IMG/VR virus record: IMGVR_UViG_3300032269_001699 | Coordinates: 1 to 41,633 of that record | Origin: a virus | Lineage: Duplodnaviria; Caudoviricetes | Length of the DNA: 41,633 bases | Direction: 5' to 3' (one strand) | Part shown: positions 15,690 through 25,146 of the stretch, in pieces | Layout: every line of letters begins with the position of its first letter | How positions within the stretch are numbered: the first letter of the stretch is position 1 | The notes under the pieces: model-generated | Seen by the model: only the letters and a program-made list of their open reading frames with translations | Told to the model about the DNA's origin: nothing | Database searches by the model: none | Program-made: the position numbers and the translations under genes

Positions 15690-15920
15690 ATGGAAAAGCC
15701 AATACAACGATTCAAAGTAATAAATGGTGGAAATAAACCAAGGCCAGTATCAGAGCGGGTGTTATGCAATGTATGCGAACATCATCATGGCGTATCTACA
15801 GGGGAGTTTATCCCGGTGCATACGGCAGTATATCGGGAAGGTAATGGTATGGTTCCGGCAGTAAGTGCAATACTGTGTTTAAATTGTTTATTAAATGGCA
15901 GGAAAACATACCTGACATAA
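15690..15920 (+). CDS. Small Zn-ribbon protein, 76 aa (start revised)
   Basis: MEKPIQRFKVINGG...CNVC...CLNC; two CxxC pairs. Confidence 0.7.
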   Translation: MEKPIQRFKVINGGNKPRPVSERVLCNVCEHHHGVSTGEFIPVHTAVYREGNGMVPAVSAILCLNCLLNGRKTYLT

Positions 15921-15992
15921 AGATGCTGGTGTAAATACCTATAACACCATACATAAAGTAATCTCTAAAATTTTAATAAACTAAATATCAAT

Positions 15993-16024
15993 AACCGCCT
16001 CGGTATTCCCCGGCGGTTTTTTTA
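15993..16024 (+). terminator. Intrinsic terminator
   Basis: AACCGCC-loop-GGCGGTT followed by a T run. Confidence 0.75.
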
Positions 16025-16073
16025 TGCGCCAAAATTCTATTAACAATCACTTTTAACATTAGGAGTAATACAA

Positions 16074-16859
16074 ATGACTAACTTACCAGTTACAACACCA
16101 TCTCTTGATTCTATCCCTGAAGATTCAAGAAAATTTTATCAAGAAACTAAAGGAGATAGCGGCATTCAATATACACTAAATGCTGCTGAATTATTTTCCG
16201 CATTGGCAGCAAAGGATAAAGCCCTTGCCAGTGAGCGTAAAATCCGCACTGACTTTGAAAACAAATATAGCCAGAAGTCTAAGGAACTCGACGAAATCGA
16301 CAAGGACGAATATCAGCGCCTTCGAGAAAAAGCCCAACAATGGGAAAGCGAGAAGGAAAAAAGGGAACGCGAAACGCTTGAAGCCAAAGGTAAATATGAG
16401 GAAGCTTTGGAAAAGACCAAATCCTCATATTCCAAAGAAATAGCTGACCTTAAAGCAGACTATGACAAAAAATTCAAAGCACTTACCGAAACTGTCGAGC
16501 AATCCGAATCTTCAAAACGTGATTATATCCTGAATGACAAGGTACGCCGCGCTATCGTTAAAGCCGGGGTATTTGCGGATGATGTGGAAGATGTACTGAC
16601 ACTCACTCGTAACCGTTTTTCACTCAACGATAAAAACGATGTAGTGATTAAAGATGAGGCTGGCAACGATACCGACTTCACATTAGATAATTTCTTTAGT
16701 GAATCCTTTAAAAAATCTAAACCTAAATTTTATCAGGGAGCTAATTCAGGAGGCTCCGGCACTCCTGCTGGTGGTAATAAAGGAAATGGCAAAGCCAACA
16801 CAAATGAGCTTTCTTCAATAGATAAAATTTCACAAGGGCTAGCTGCACTACAAAATTAG
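16074..16859 (+). CDS. Capsid scaffolding protein, 261 aa
   Basis: Charged coiled-coil, Gly-rich C-terminal linker, terminal SSIDKISQGL; AGGAG RBS; immediately before the MCP. Confidence 0.82.
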   Translation: MTNLPVTTPSLDSIPEDSRKFYQETKGDSGIQYTLNAAELFSALAAKDKALASERKIRTDFENKYSQKSKELDEIDKDEYQRLREKAQQWESEKEKRERETLEAKGKYEEALEKTKSSYSKEIADLKADYDKKFKALTETVEQSESSKRDYILNDKVRRAIVKAGVFADDVEDVLTLTRNRFSLNDKNDVVIKDEAGNDTDFTLDNFFSESFKKSKPKFYQGANSGGSGTPAGGNKGNGKANTNELSSIDKISQGLAALQN

Positions 16860-16886
16860 AAGCAGCTTTTGTATCAACAATTTTTG

Positions 16887-16917
16887 GGCGTTTGCCGGGA
16901 TGGTGAACGCCTTTTTT
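16887..16917 (+). terminator. Intrinsic terminator/attenuator between scaffold and capsid genes
   Basis: GGCGTTTGCC-GGGAT-GGTGAACGCC-TTTTTT. Confidence 0.75.
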
Positions 16918-17045
16918 ATTGCACGTTCTAAAGCTAAGGGTGAGCCAATGCTTTTCTGGCGCGCATTAAAAGAACGCAAGGACTGCGGGGGAGCCAATGT
17001 TCAGAAGCGTCATTGAATTTTTAACAACCAATGATGGAGATAAAT

Positions 17046-17966
17046 ATGTCCTCAGTAACACTAGCGGAGAGCGCCAAGCTATCCCTAAACCAACTCATAG
17101 AGGGGGTTATAGAAAACGTAATCACGGTAAACAGGTTTTATCAAATATTGCCTTTCCAGGCAATTGACGGTAACGCACTTGCTTATAACCGTGAAAACGC
17201 TCTTGGCGATGTTCAGTTTGCTGGTGTTGGTACTACCATTACAGCCAAGAACCCTGCAACCTATACCCATGTTACTTCCAGCCTTACCTCAATTATAGGT
17301 GATGCCGAGGTAAATGGTTTGATTCAGGCAACACGGTCTGGAAAACAAGACCAAACTGCCCTTCAAGTTGCTTCTAAGGCTAAATCTGTTGGTCGCCAAT
17401 ATCAGGATTCAATGATTAATGGCGATGGAACAGGCAATAGCTTTTCTGGCTTATTATCACTTGTAACCGGAGGCCAATCTATTACCGGCCCTGGTAATAA
17501 TGGTGATGCCATATCTTTTGATTTACTTGATCAGCTAATAGACAAGGTAACTGATAAAGATGGTCAGGTAGATTACTTGCTTATGAATGCCCGCACATTA
17601 CGTTCGTACAATGGATTGTTACGTGCATTAGGTGGAGCAAGCATTGGTGATGTTGTCCGCTTGCCAAGTGGCGTAACTGTTCCTGCTTATCGTGAAATCC
17701 CTATCTTCCGTAATGACTATGTACCAACAACCCAAACTAAGGGTTCTACAAGTACTTGTACCACTGTTGTAGCTGGCACTCTTGATGATGGCTCAATGAT
17801 GCATGGTATTGCGGGACTTACTGCTGCAAATGCAAACGGGTTGCAAGTTGAACCAGTTGGAACTTCGGAAACCAAAGACGAACGTATTACCCGTGTGAAA
17901 TGGTATTGCGGTTTGGCGCTGTTTTCAGAAAAAGGTCTAGCTGCCTTAACTGGAATCACTAACTAA
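17046..17966 (+). CDS. Major capsid protein; start 17046 (MSSVTL)
   Basis: VTLAESAKL...GVIENVI...LPF..IDGNALAYNRE...RITRVKWYCGLA...LAALTGITN; GGAG 6 nt upstream. Confidence 0.9.
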   Translation: MSSVTLAESAKLSLNQLIEGVIENVITVNRFYQILPFQAIDGNALAYNRENALGDVQFAGVGTTITAKNPATYTHVTSSLTSIIGDAEVNGLIQATRSGKQDQTALQVASKAKSVGRQYQDSMINGDGTGNSFSGLLSLVTGGQSITGPGNNGDAISFDLLDQLIDKVTDKDGQVDYLLMNARTLRSYNGLLRALGGASIGDVVRLPSGVTVPAYREIPIFRNDYVPTTQTKGSTSTCTTVVAGTLDDGSMMHGIAGLTAANANGLQVEPVGTSETKDERITRVKWYCGLALFSEKGLAALTGITN

Positions 17967-17972
17967 CCAAGG

Positions 17973-18005
17973 AGGCGGGTATCTTTCAAGATACTCGCCT
18001 TTTTT
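17973..18005 (+). terminator. Intrinsic terminator after the MCP
   Basis: AGGCGGGTATCTT-TC-AAGATACTCGCCT followed by TTTTT. Confidence 0.85.
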
Positions 18006-18030
18006 AAACTCTAAAAAAGGAACCCTGACA

Positions 18031-18480
18031 ATGACAAAAGAAAAAACAGTAAAATTTACCACCTTTGGTCCTAACCGTGGCCTTACCCTGCAAATAGGTA
18101 ATTACCAGTTTACGGATGGGGTGTGTGAGATCCCCGAAGCCGATTCTTCTTCTGCAACCCGCGTACTTTGCCGATATTACGATGTATGCCAGGAACACGA
18201 ACTGGAGGCGCATATTAAGGAATATGACCGCAAATATGCCAATTCAAATGTTGGCGATGATCCTGTTATCAATACTGCCAATGAAGAAGTTGCCAAACGC
18301 AACTCTCCTAGGAAACCTGCTGCAGAAAAAGAAAAAGCTCCTGAAGAGAATCCTGAAAAAGCACCAGAAAAACCAGCAGACACAGTTGAACCTTCACCCG
18401 AAGAAGCCATTACTGGCACTGCTAATGTAGATCCTGAAAAAGAACCTTCTGCGAAAGCAGGAAAAAAGAAAGGTAATTAA
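18031..18480 (+). CDS. Hypothetical head-region protein, 149 aa, with a low-complexity P/E/K tail
   Basis: AAGGA RBS, position after the MCP, PEK repeats. Confidence 0.75.
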   Translation: MTKEKTVKFTTFGPNRGLTLQIGNYQFTDGVCEIPEADSSSATRVLCRYYDVCQEHELEAHIKEYDRKYANSNVGDDPVINTANEEVAKRNSPRKPAAEKEKAPEENPEKAPEKPADTVEPSPEEAITGTANVDPEKEPSAKAGKKKGN

Positions 18481-18482
18481 TC

Positions 18483-18851
18483 ATGGGTATAAATGCTTCA
18501 GAAGTGCATCCTGATAAACAGGATTTAAAAACTGCAACCATTGCAGCAAGTGCCAGCCTATCGGGAATTGTTACCCTGGGGGCTGGCACACCTGCTGCTT
18601 TTGAAATGCCAACCGGATGGGATGCTGCCAACCTAACTTTCCAAACAAGTACGGATGGCTCGACATTCCAGGATTATTACGATTCGGCTGGAAATGAAGT
18701 AACTGTTGTTACCGCAGCTTCGCATAACATCAAACAGGATGTAGCGGATTTTGCTGGCGCACGTTTTATCAAAATACGCAGCGGTACGAGTGCTACGCCT
18801 GTTAATCAAACCAGTTCGCGTACTATCCGCGTATCGCTAAGGGTTTTATAG
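18483..18851 (+). CDS. Putative virion structural protein (possible head-spike base), 122 aa
   Basis: Beta-rich; MPTGWDAANLTFQTSTDG...FIKIRSGT; directly precedes the fibre genes. Confidence 0.6.
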   Translation: MGINASEVHPDKQDLKTATIAASASLSGIVTLGAGTPAAFEMPTGWDAANLTFQTSTDGSTFQDYYDSAGNEVTVVTAASHNIKQDVADFAGARFIKIRSGTSATPVNQTSSRTIRVSLRVL

Positions 18852-18853
18852 TA

Positions 18854-20626
18854 ATGTCAAAATTGCTTACACTACAGCGTAATTCTTCGATTACACGCTT
18901 GTCAAAGATGCTTGTAGGTAAGAATTTTCTTGCGCCTGATTTTACAGTCATAAATGGTAACGGCACATATTTTGATTCTAATGGCATAATGCAAAGCGCC
19001 AGCACTAATACACCACGATTCACTTATGACATAAACGGAGTGTATCAGGGACTTCTTATAGAATCTCCACGCACTAACCAGGTTCTAAATAACCTGGATA
19101 TGGCTGATACTAATTCTTGGTCTGTCACGCATATAGGTACTGGTGCCTTAGATGCAGTAGTTACAGCGAACCAGGCAATATCACCTGATGGCACTATGAA
19201 TGCAGACAGGGTGGTTTTTAGTTGCAGCGGCGGCAGCACCGCGTCTGACAGGAGTGTCATTACTCCTATCAATATTACCACCATCACCGACTCTCAAATC
19301 AGGACTTTCTCTGTGTGGATGAGAAGTTTTGATGGGGTATCAACATATAATGTAAGAATAAGGATAAATGGGGGTGCAGCTGATGTAACCGTAACAGGTT
19401 CTTGGCAAAGGTTCTCTGTTACCGCATCTTCTAGCTCTGACGGAACCCGGCACATAGGTTTATATAAAACCATAAATTCAGACACGGCAGATATTTTGAT
19501 ATGGGGAGCGCAAATTGAAGTTAGCGCCTGGCCTTCAAGCACTATATTAACCACAGGAGTTGCAAAAACCCGCACCCGCGATGATATATTCCTTAAAACC
19601 CCACAACCAGCGCGGACTAATAGCATACGCAACAATACAATGGTTGGTGCGGTAAATGGCTCGCCCGGTACAGTGCCTAATAATTGGGGGACCAATCTTC
19701 AAGGTTTAACACGAACGATATCCAATATTGGAAGCACACAAAATGGCGTTCCATATATTGATATAAGGTTTAGCGGCACTGCTACAGCAGGACAAGCTTA
19801 TATTATTTTTGACCCTGCCATAGTTGCATCTAACGGAGAAACGTGGACAGAGTCAGTTTATTTATTATTATTTGCAGGAAGTTTTGCTAACGTATCAAGC
19901 CCTTTTTTACAGCTCAATACTTTTGATGCGGATGGTAATTTTATAAACCAGCACCAAATATCTATATCAGGGTTAAATGCTACATTTATACGTTATATAC
20001 TTACTGCTACGTTATCTGGTGCAGCAATTGCTAAAATACAGCCGTTACTTACCTTTCAATGTGCAGCAGCAGCCATTGACTTTACGATTAGGATATGCGC
20101 TCCCCAATTGGAATTAGGTGCAAGCGCAAGCACCAATATCCCGACAACAAATGCCGCAGTTTTACGTCCTGCAACTACACTAAATTGGTACAACTCCATA
20201 AAAGGAACTATGTACGCAAATTTTAAGCGTTTCGACCTGGTAAATGATTACTGTCATATAATTGACCAGAATGACAATATTACTACTGGTAGCGATACCA
20301 TGAGGGCATACCAGTTTAATAATACATCCGGGCAAACATTTTGTGAGGCAATAAAAGATAGTATCTATGTATTTAGCTCCTCAAAGACAGATGGTAGCAA
20401 TATTGAAGCTAAAGTTGCTTATGCATATGAGCTAAATAATTTTGCTGTTTCAGTTAATGGCACAATCCCAACAACTGACACTTCCTGCTCTGTACCTAAT
20501 GCTGATACCTATAATATAGGCCGTTCTTATGGTGGCTATGGTTATCTAAACGGAACAATAAAAGAAGCACGTCATTATCTTCCACGGCTGAACAATAAAC
20601 AACTCACAGCAATATCAAAGCTGTAG
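18854..20626 (+). CDS. Head spike/fibre protein with two carbohydrate-binding-like modules and a ConA/LamG-like C-terminus, 590 aa
   Basis: PRFTY...GLLIESPRTN; two RTN...(G/P)Q(I/L)E...TT modules; C-terminal YLNGTIKEARHYLPRL. Confidence 0.75.
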   Translation: MSKLLTLQRNSSITRLSKMLVGKNFLAPDFTVINGNGTYFDSNGIMQSASTNTPRFTYDINGVYQGLLIESPRTNQVLNNLDMADTNSWSVTHIGTGALDAVVTANQAISPDGTMNADRVVFSCSGGSTASDRSVITPINITTITDSQIRTFSVWMRSFDGVSTYNVRIRINGGAADVTVTGSWQRFSVTASSSSDGTRHIGLYKTINSDTADILIWGAQIEVSAWPSSTILTTGVAKTRTRDDIFLKTPQPARTNSIRNNTMVGAVNGSPGTVPNNWGTNLQGLTRTISNIGSTQNGVPYIDIRFSGTATAGQAYIIFDPAIVASNGETWTESVYLLLFAGSFANVSSPFLQLNTFDADGNFINQHQISISGLNATFIRYILTATLSGAAIAKIQPLLTFQCAAAAIDFTIRICAPQLELGASASTNIPTTNAAVLRPATTLNWYNSIKGTMYANFKRFDLVNDYCHIIDQNDNITTGSDTMRAYQFNNTSGQTFCEAIKDSIYVFSSSKTDGSNIEAKVAYAYELNNFAVSVNGTIPTTDTSCSVPNADTYNIGRSYGGYGYLNGTIKEARHYLPRLNNKQLTAISKL

Positions 20627-20630
20627 CACA

Positions 20631-21887
20631 ATGTCAAAAATATTAACTTTAATGAAGCGCAGTGCGCTATCTGGACATAAGCTAATAAATAATGGTGTTA
20701 TTACTGACGAAGCAACATTTACCCGCGCTTCCTCTGCTACATGCTTTGTAAATGGCGTGCTAACTTCATTCGCAACAAATACACCTAGGTTTGGAACTCT
20801 GGTTGGCAGTAATTATAAAGGTTTTATTTTTGAAGGAGCCAGGACAAATTTATGCATCAATAGTGAAGATTGATCTCTTTGGTCTGGAGATGGTAATCCT
20901 AATTTTACTAACCGAACAGTTTCCTCCACAACAGATACAGCATTTGCTACAGTTTGGATAATGAATGAGGGTGTAGCTACAGGAGTGCACGCCCTTGGAT
21001 GTTACGCTCCTTCAGATACCGGAACAGAGTACCGCACATATTCCGTTTATTTAAAAGCCGCCACAGCAACTAAAGTTAGGCTAACTATTAAGGGAAGTTA
21101 CCTTGATATAAATGATTTAGGTGTAAATGTTGATTTGAATGCTGGCACGGCTTCATTAATAAGCTTCGGTAGTGCGTCTAACCTAAATATTGTGAATGCG
21201 GGTAGTGGATGGTATAGGGTTTCATGGACAGTATCCCATACTGGCTCTACGGGTTTTAGATATTTATGTGTGCAGATGGTAGATGATAGCTATACTCTCA
21301 GCTACACGGGAACTGGCCGTACAATAAAAATAGCAAAACCGCAGATAGAAGTTGGCACATTTGCATCTTCATATATTCCAACAACAACCTTAACAGCTAC
21401 TCGTGCTGCTGATATATGCAGCATAATAAATTTAAGTAATTACCCGTGGTTTAATGCTGTTGAAGGTACAATCCTCTGCGAATGGCAAACACCGCAAGCG
21501 GTGGTAGGATTCAATAGGCCGTACTGGCTTGGAGATAATACTGCTACACAAAATGCTGTTTTTATAAGCTCACAATTTGGCACTGTGCAGTTTATAGTAG
21601 CTGTTGGTGGCGCTTCACAATGTATTCTGGTACCTGGTTCAGTCCCCTGGGCTGCAAATACACCTTTAAAATTGGCCGGAGCATATAAAGCAAATGATTT
21701 TGCGGCATCCGTTAATGGCTCTGCTGTTTCCACGGATACAAGCGGTAGTGTACCTGGTGCAGCAGTAGATAGGCTTGTTATAGGAGTATCAGGCGTTGGT
21801 GGTGATAACCTGTACGGCATCATCAAAAGCTTAACATACTATCCAAAACGCCTACCTAACCCAACACTGCCAATATTAAAGGCTTAA
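20631..21887 (+). pseudogene. Second head-fibre paralogue interrupted by one in-frame TGA at 20871-20873
   Basis: ORFs 20631-20873 and 20961-21887 share a frame with no other stop between them: FTRASSAT...PRF...GFIFEGARTNLCINSED*SLWSG...GWYRVS...QIEVGTFASSYIPTT...TRAAD. Confidence 0.8.
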
Positions 21888-21983
21888 TACTCCATACTAT
21901 TAATTCCAAGCCATATCCAGGCGCTTGGCAATAATTCCCGCGATTATTTACCATTTTTTATCAACCTTAATAAAGAGGCATTT

Positions 21984-22160
21984 ATGCAAGGCTTTAAAAC
22001 TTTTGCGTTCGGAATAACCCTCGTGCTACTCGGCGGCCTGCAAAGCCAGGAATTTACAGATTTCGTTGCACAGCATCCCGGCGGATTCTCAAGCGCAGTA
22101 GGCACAATAATTATTGTCTTACGCTTTCTTACTACAACCTCAATCTTTAAAAAGGAGTAA
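21984..22160 (+). CDS. Small two-TM membrane protein, 58 aa, holin-like (below the ORF track cutoff)
   Basis: GAGG RBS; MQGFKTFAFGITLVLLGGLQ...SAVGTIIIVLRFLTTTSIFKKE. Confidence 0.7.
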   Translation: MQGFKTFAFGITLVLLGGLQSQEFTDFVAQHPGGFSSAVGTIIIVLRFLTTTSIFKKE

Positions 22161-22164
22161 CCTA

Positions 22165-22509
22165 ATGAGGAAACTTTTCTCAATAATAATTATCTTCATG
22201 ATAAGTGCCTGTACCACTTTTCAGGCACAAACCCCTGCACAAAAATACTATGCACTCAAATCTGATTATATGCGGCTGCTGGCTATCGCAGTTGCCTATA
22301 AAACCGATTGTGCAAAGCGCGTAGTAGCAGATGCATGTCATGCACATATCAAAGAAATAAACACCATTAACAAGCATATAGTTGATGCGTTTAAATCCGC
22401 AGATAAGCAAGGTTTGCAGGTTGCAGGAACCGGAAATGATATTGTGCTGGTATCGGTCAGCACGGCATTGCAGGAACTAACCGACTATTTAACCAAACTG
22501 GAGCAATAA
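22165..22509 (+). CDS. Lipoprotein, 114 aa (start revised to 22165)
   Basis: AAGGAG RBS; MRKLFSIIIIFMISA|C lipobox. Confidence 0.8.
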   Translation: MRKLFSIIIIFMISACTTFQAQTPAQKYYALKSDYMRLLAIAVAYKTDCAKRVVADACHAHIKEINTINKHIVDAFKSADKQGLQVAGTGNDIVLVSVSTALQELTDYLTKLEQ

Positions 22510-22510
22510 C

Positions 22511-22717
22511 ATGTCTGAGCAACAACTCACATTTTTACTAAAAATACTGGACATTTTTGCTGCTGGCATACAGCTAACACCTGAACTTCTGGAAAGTTAC
22601 AACGCATCCAAAGCAAAAATACAGCAATTTGTTCAGGAAGGCCGGGACCCAACCGCCGAAGAATGGGAAGAATTGAATAACAAAATTGATTCCCTTCAAA
22701 ATGAACTAACAAGTTAA
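22511..22717 (+). CDS. Hypothetical helical protein, 68 aa
   Basis: GGAG RBS; GRDPTAEEWEEL. Confidence 0.75.
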   Translation: MSEQQLTFLLKILDIFAAGIQLTPELLESYNASKAKIQQFVQEGRDPTAEEWEELNNKIDSLQNELTS

Positions 22718-22748
22718 ATTTTCCTCAATTAAAAATAAGGTAAACCTA

Positions 22749-23243
22749 ATGCTAGTTGTCGAAGACGGGACAGGCATATCCAATGCTAATGCCTATATTT
22801 CGGTTGCAGAAGCAGATGCGTATTTTTCTGCGCGGAATAACACTGTATGGAGCGGTAAAACCACTGCTGAAAAAGAAGCGGCAATATTATATGCTACTTC
22901 ATATATTGATAATAATTTCTGGTGGCGCGGCTATATCAAGGTAAACCAGCAATCCCTTGGTTGGCCGCGTATCCTTGTTTATGACCGAGAAAACCGGATA
23001 ATAGATTGTAATACAGTGCCACAACGCGTTAAGGATGCGACTGCTGAACTTGCGCTGGAAGCATTGGATAAATCGCTCGTTCCATCGTTACCACGCGGCG
23101 GAGAAATCAAACGCCAGAAAGTATCCTCCCTGGAAATAGAGTATTTTGAACGTGCCAGCAGCACCCGCGTTTTCCCAATCGTCCGGCAGTTACTAGCCGG
23201 ATTATTTAATGATTCACCTTCAGCGGAGTTATTCAGAGCATGA
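22749..23243 (+). CDS. Head-tail adaptor (DnaT-like annotated family), 164 aa
   Basis: LVVEDGTG..NANAYISVAEADAYF..R...QSLGWPR...VKDATAELA...LEIEY. Confidence 0.88.
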   Translation: MLVVEDGTGISNANAYISVAEADAYFSARNNTVWSGKTTAEKEAAILYATSYIDNNFWWRGYIKVNQQSLGWPRILVYDRENRIIDCNTVPQRVKDATAELALEALDKSLVPSLPRGGEIKRQKVSSLEIEYFERASSTRVFPIVRQLLAGLFNDSPSAELFRA

Positions 23244-23596
23244 TAGAAGCAAGCAATTTTTTGGAATTTGCAAAATCCAGTATCTCAGAAAACGGCGCAT
23301 CGGTAACATTACGGAAGACCGGGACTGAAACTTATAACACAACAAACGGAAACTTAACTTCTCCTATAACAGATTACCCAACCAAAGGGCTAATTGAAAG
23401 CTATAGCGAATATTATATCAAAAGTGGGTTCATACAGGCTGGTGATAGGAAGGTGATGATTTCAGCCTCGCTTGCTGTAGTACCGGAGCAAGGCGATACA
23501 TTGCTGATAGGCTCTGAATCCTTTGACATTATAAACGTCAAAGCCGATTTCGTAGGCGATACGCCCATTATTTATGAATTACAAATCCGTAACTAA
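23240..23596 (+). CDS. Head closure/head-tail joining protein, 118 aa
   Basis: IQAGDRKV...PEQGD...YELQIR; synteny. Confidence 0.75.
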   Translation: MIEASNFLEFAKSSISENGASVTLRKTGTETYNTTNGNLTSPITDYPTKGLIESYSEYYIKSGFIQAGDRKVMISASLAVVPEQGDTLLIGSESFDIINVKADFVGDTPIIYELQIRN

Positions 23597-23598
23597 CC

Positions 23599-24003
23599 AT
23601 GCCATCAAACTTTGAACAATTTGAAAAAGAATTACGCATTTTTTCTGAAATTTCTGTACCTAAGGATTTTCAGAAACTTGTCCAAAAACTTGCTTTTGAA
23701 GTTTTGCGCCGGGTCATTATTAAAACTCCTGTAGATACTGGCAGAGCAAGGGGCAATTGGATGGTTGCAATAAATAACATTCCCGAAGGTTTCATAGAAA
23801 TCGGCAGCCTCTCATCAGAGCAAGCTACCAGCTTTGCTTTATCTAAAGGCATTCCTGTTATTGAAGCCGCAAAGCCATTTACCACAATCTCTATCGCAAA
23901 TAATGTCCCGTATATTGGTGTCCTTGAATTTGGTGGCAGTAAGCAAGCTCCAGGGGGAATGGCAAGGGTAACAATTGCAGAAATACAAGCGCAATTTAAG
24001 TAA
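23599..24003 (+). CDS. HK97 gp10-family tail completion protein, 134 aa
   Basis: TPVDTGRARGNW...NNVPYIGVLEFGGSKQAPGGM. Confidence 0.9.
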   Translation: MPSNFEQFEKELRIFSEISVPKDFQKLVQKLAFEVLRRVIIKTPVDTGRARGNWMVAINNIPEGFIEIGSLSSEQATSFALSKGIPVIEAAKPFTTISIANNVPYIGVLEFGGSKQAPGGMARVTIAEIQAQFK

Positions 24004-24008
24004 AAACC

Positions 24009-24410
24009 ATGAGCTATAGCAATCAACGAAATGCCATCCAAACACAGTTTAAAAGCGCGTTTGAACTTGCATATCCCGGCATACCTATTGTTTTTGATAA
24101 CCTCAAAGGCGACAAGCCGGCAAATGGTTTTGTTATGCTGAATATCCTTAACGGTGCGTCAGCGTTGCGTGGCCTTGGCCTTACTAAACTCTACCGTTAT
24201 GCCGGGGTGGTTAGCGTAGATATTTATGTGCCTTCTAAAACCGGGATAAAATTAGCCGACCAATATGCAGATACTATAGACGGAATTTTTAGAGGCCAGC
24301 AATTTGGTAACTTATTATTCCGCGCCAGCACCCGCACTGATCTTGGTGATGATGATAACTACTGGCGCGTGAATGTTTCTGCGCCATTCCAAAGGGATGA
24401 ATTAGTTTAG
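24009..24410 (+). CDS. Tail terminator-like protein, 133 aa
   Basis: IVFDN...GVVSVDIYVP..TG...YWRVNVSAPF; synteny. Confidence 0.8.
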   Translation: MSYSNQRNAIQTQFKSAFELAYPGIPIVFDNLKGDKPANGFVMLNILNGASALRGLGLTKLYRYAGVVSVDIYVPSKTGIKLADQYADTIDGIFRGQQFGNLLFRASTRTDLGDDDNYWRVNVSAPFQRDELV

Positions 24411-24736
24411 TGAAGCCGTGGCATAGGCTTACCATGTAGCATTTTATAAACCGCCTTAGGATTCTGCTTAATCATTGAATAAAAAGCCAGGGTTATTTCA
24501 TCAGGTGTGCGCCTTGCTGTTTCCCAATTGCGCTGGCTGCTTACTTTAGCAAGGAACCATTCGCAAAACTTTTCACGGGTAAGGCCAAGCATTTCCTCAC
24601 GTATTCTGCGAGGACAAATTTGCTGTCCTGCGTAAACATAGGTAACGCGGCCTTCGGTTTCGTTTCCTTTGGCAAATTCAATTGCTTCCAGCAAGCCTTC
24701 TTTGATTTCCTGTCCTATGTTTCTTTTTTTAGTCAT
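24407..24736 (-). CDS. higA: HigA-like Xre-HTH antitoxin, 109 aa
   Basis: EIKEGLLEAI...IREEMLGLTREKF...RNWETARRTP; downstream of a RelE-family toxin. Confidence 0.82.
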   Translation of the reverse strand: MTKKRNIGQEIKEGLLEAIEFAKGNETEGRVTYVYAGQQICPRRIREEMLGLTREKFCEWFLAKVSSQRNWETARRTPDEITLAFYSMIKQNPKAVYKMLHGKPMPRLH

Positions 24737-24740
24737 GGCA

Positions 24741-25085
24741 CTACTCCTTAAATGCTGAAATTAATTCTTTTACCAATTTTACATAGTCTTTCTTTTCCTT
24801 GCTGCTCAAATCTGCCTGATCGTTTTTGGCATAAGCTGAAAGCAGAAAAACCACACCATTTTCATCATAAAAATAATAAATTACCCTTATACCACCGCGC
24901 TTGCCTATACCCGGCTTTGACCATCTGAGCTTCCTTATACCACCAGTTCCGGCAATAACATCACCATCTTTTGGGTTGTTTTCCAGATGAAAAATCAACC
25001 TTGCTCGCTCCTCCTCACTAATCATTTTTTTAGTTAAGCGCAAAAAATGCCTGGTTTCAAAGATGGTTATAAGACGTTCAATCAT
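24741..25085 (-). CDS. higB: RelE/ParE-superfamily toxin (HigB-2-like), 114 aa
   Basis: NPKDGDVIAGTGGIRKLRW...GKRGGIRVIYY...LLSAYAKN..DL. Confidence 0.9.
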   Translation of the reverse strand: MIERLITIFETRHFLRLTKKMISEEERARLIFHLENNPKDGDVIAGTGGIRKLRWSKPGIGKRGGIRVIYYFYDENGVVFLLSAYAKNDQADLSSKEKKDYVKLVKELISAFKE

Positions 25086-25117
25086 AACTTGCCGCTTTAG
25101 ATAATTTCTATTGCCTT

Positions 25118-25146
25118 AGTGTATCAACGAAACAGCTATATGTCAA
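25118..25146 (-). promoter_or_regulatory. Sigma70 promoter of the TA operon
   Basis: Minus strand TTGACA-N17-TACACT. Confidence 0.7.

Noticed and set aside
20871-20873. Alternative genetic code (TGA = Trp)
   Set aside because: Portal, head-tail adaptor and DUF2460 genes end in TGA within ATGA overlaps at their expected C-termini, and Trp is encoded by TGG elsewhere.
18854-21887. Diversity-generating retroelement VR/TR pair in the fibre genes
   Set aside because: The similarity is diffuse protein-level paralogy, not adenine-specific mismatch, and there is no reverse transcriptase in the window.
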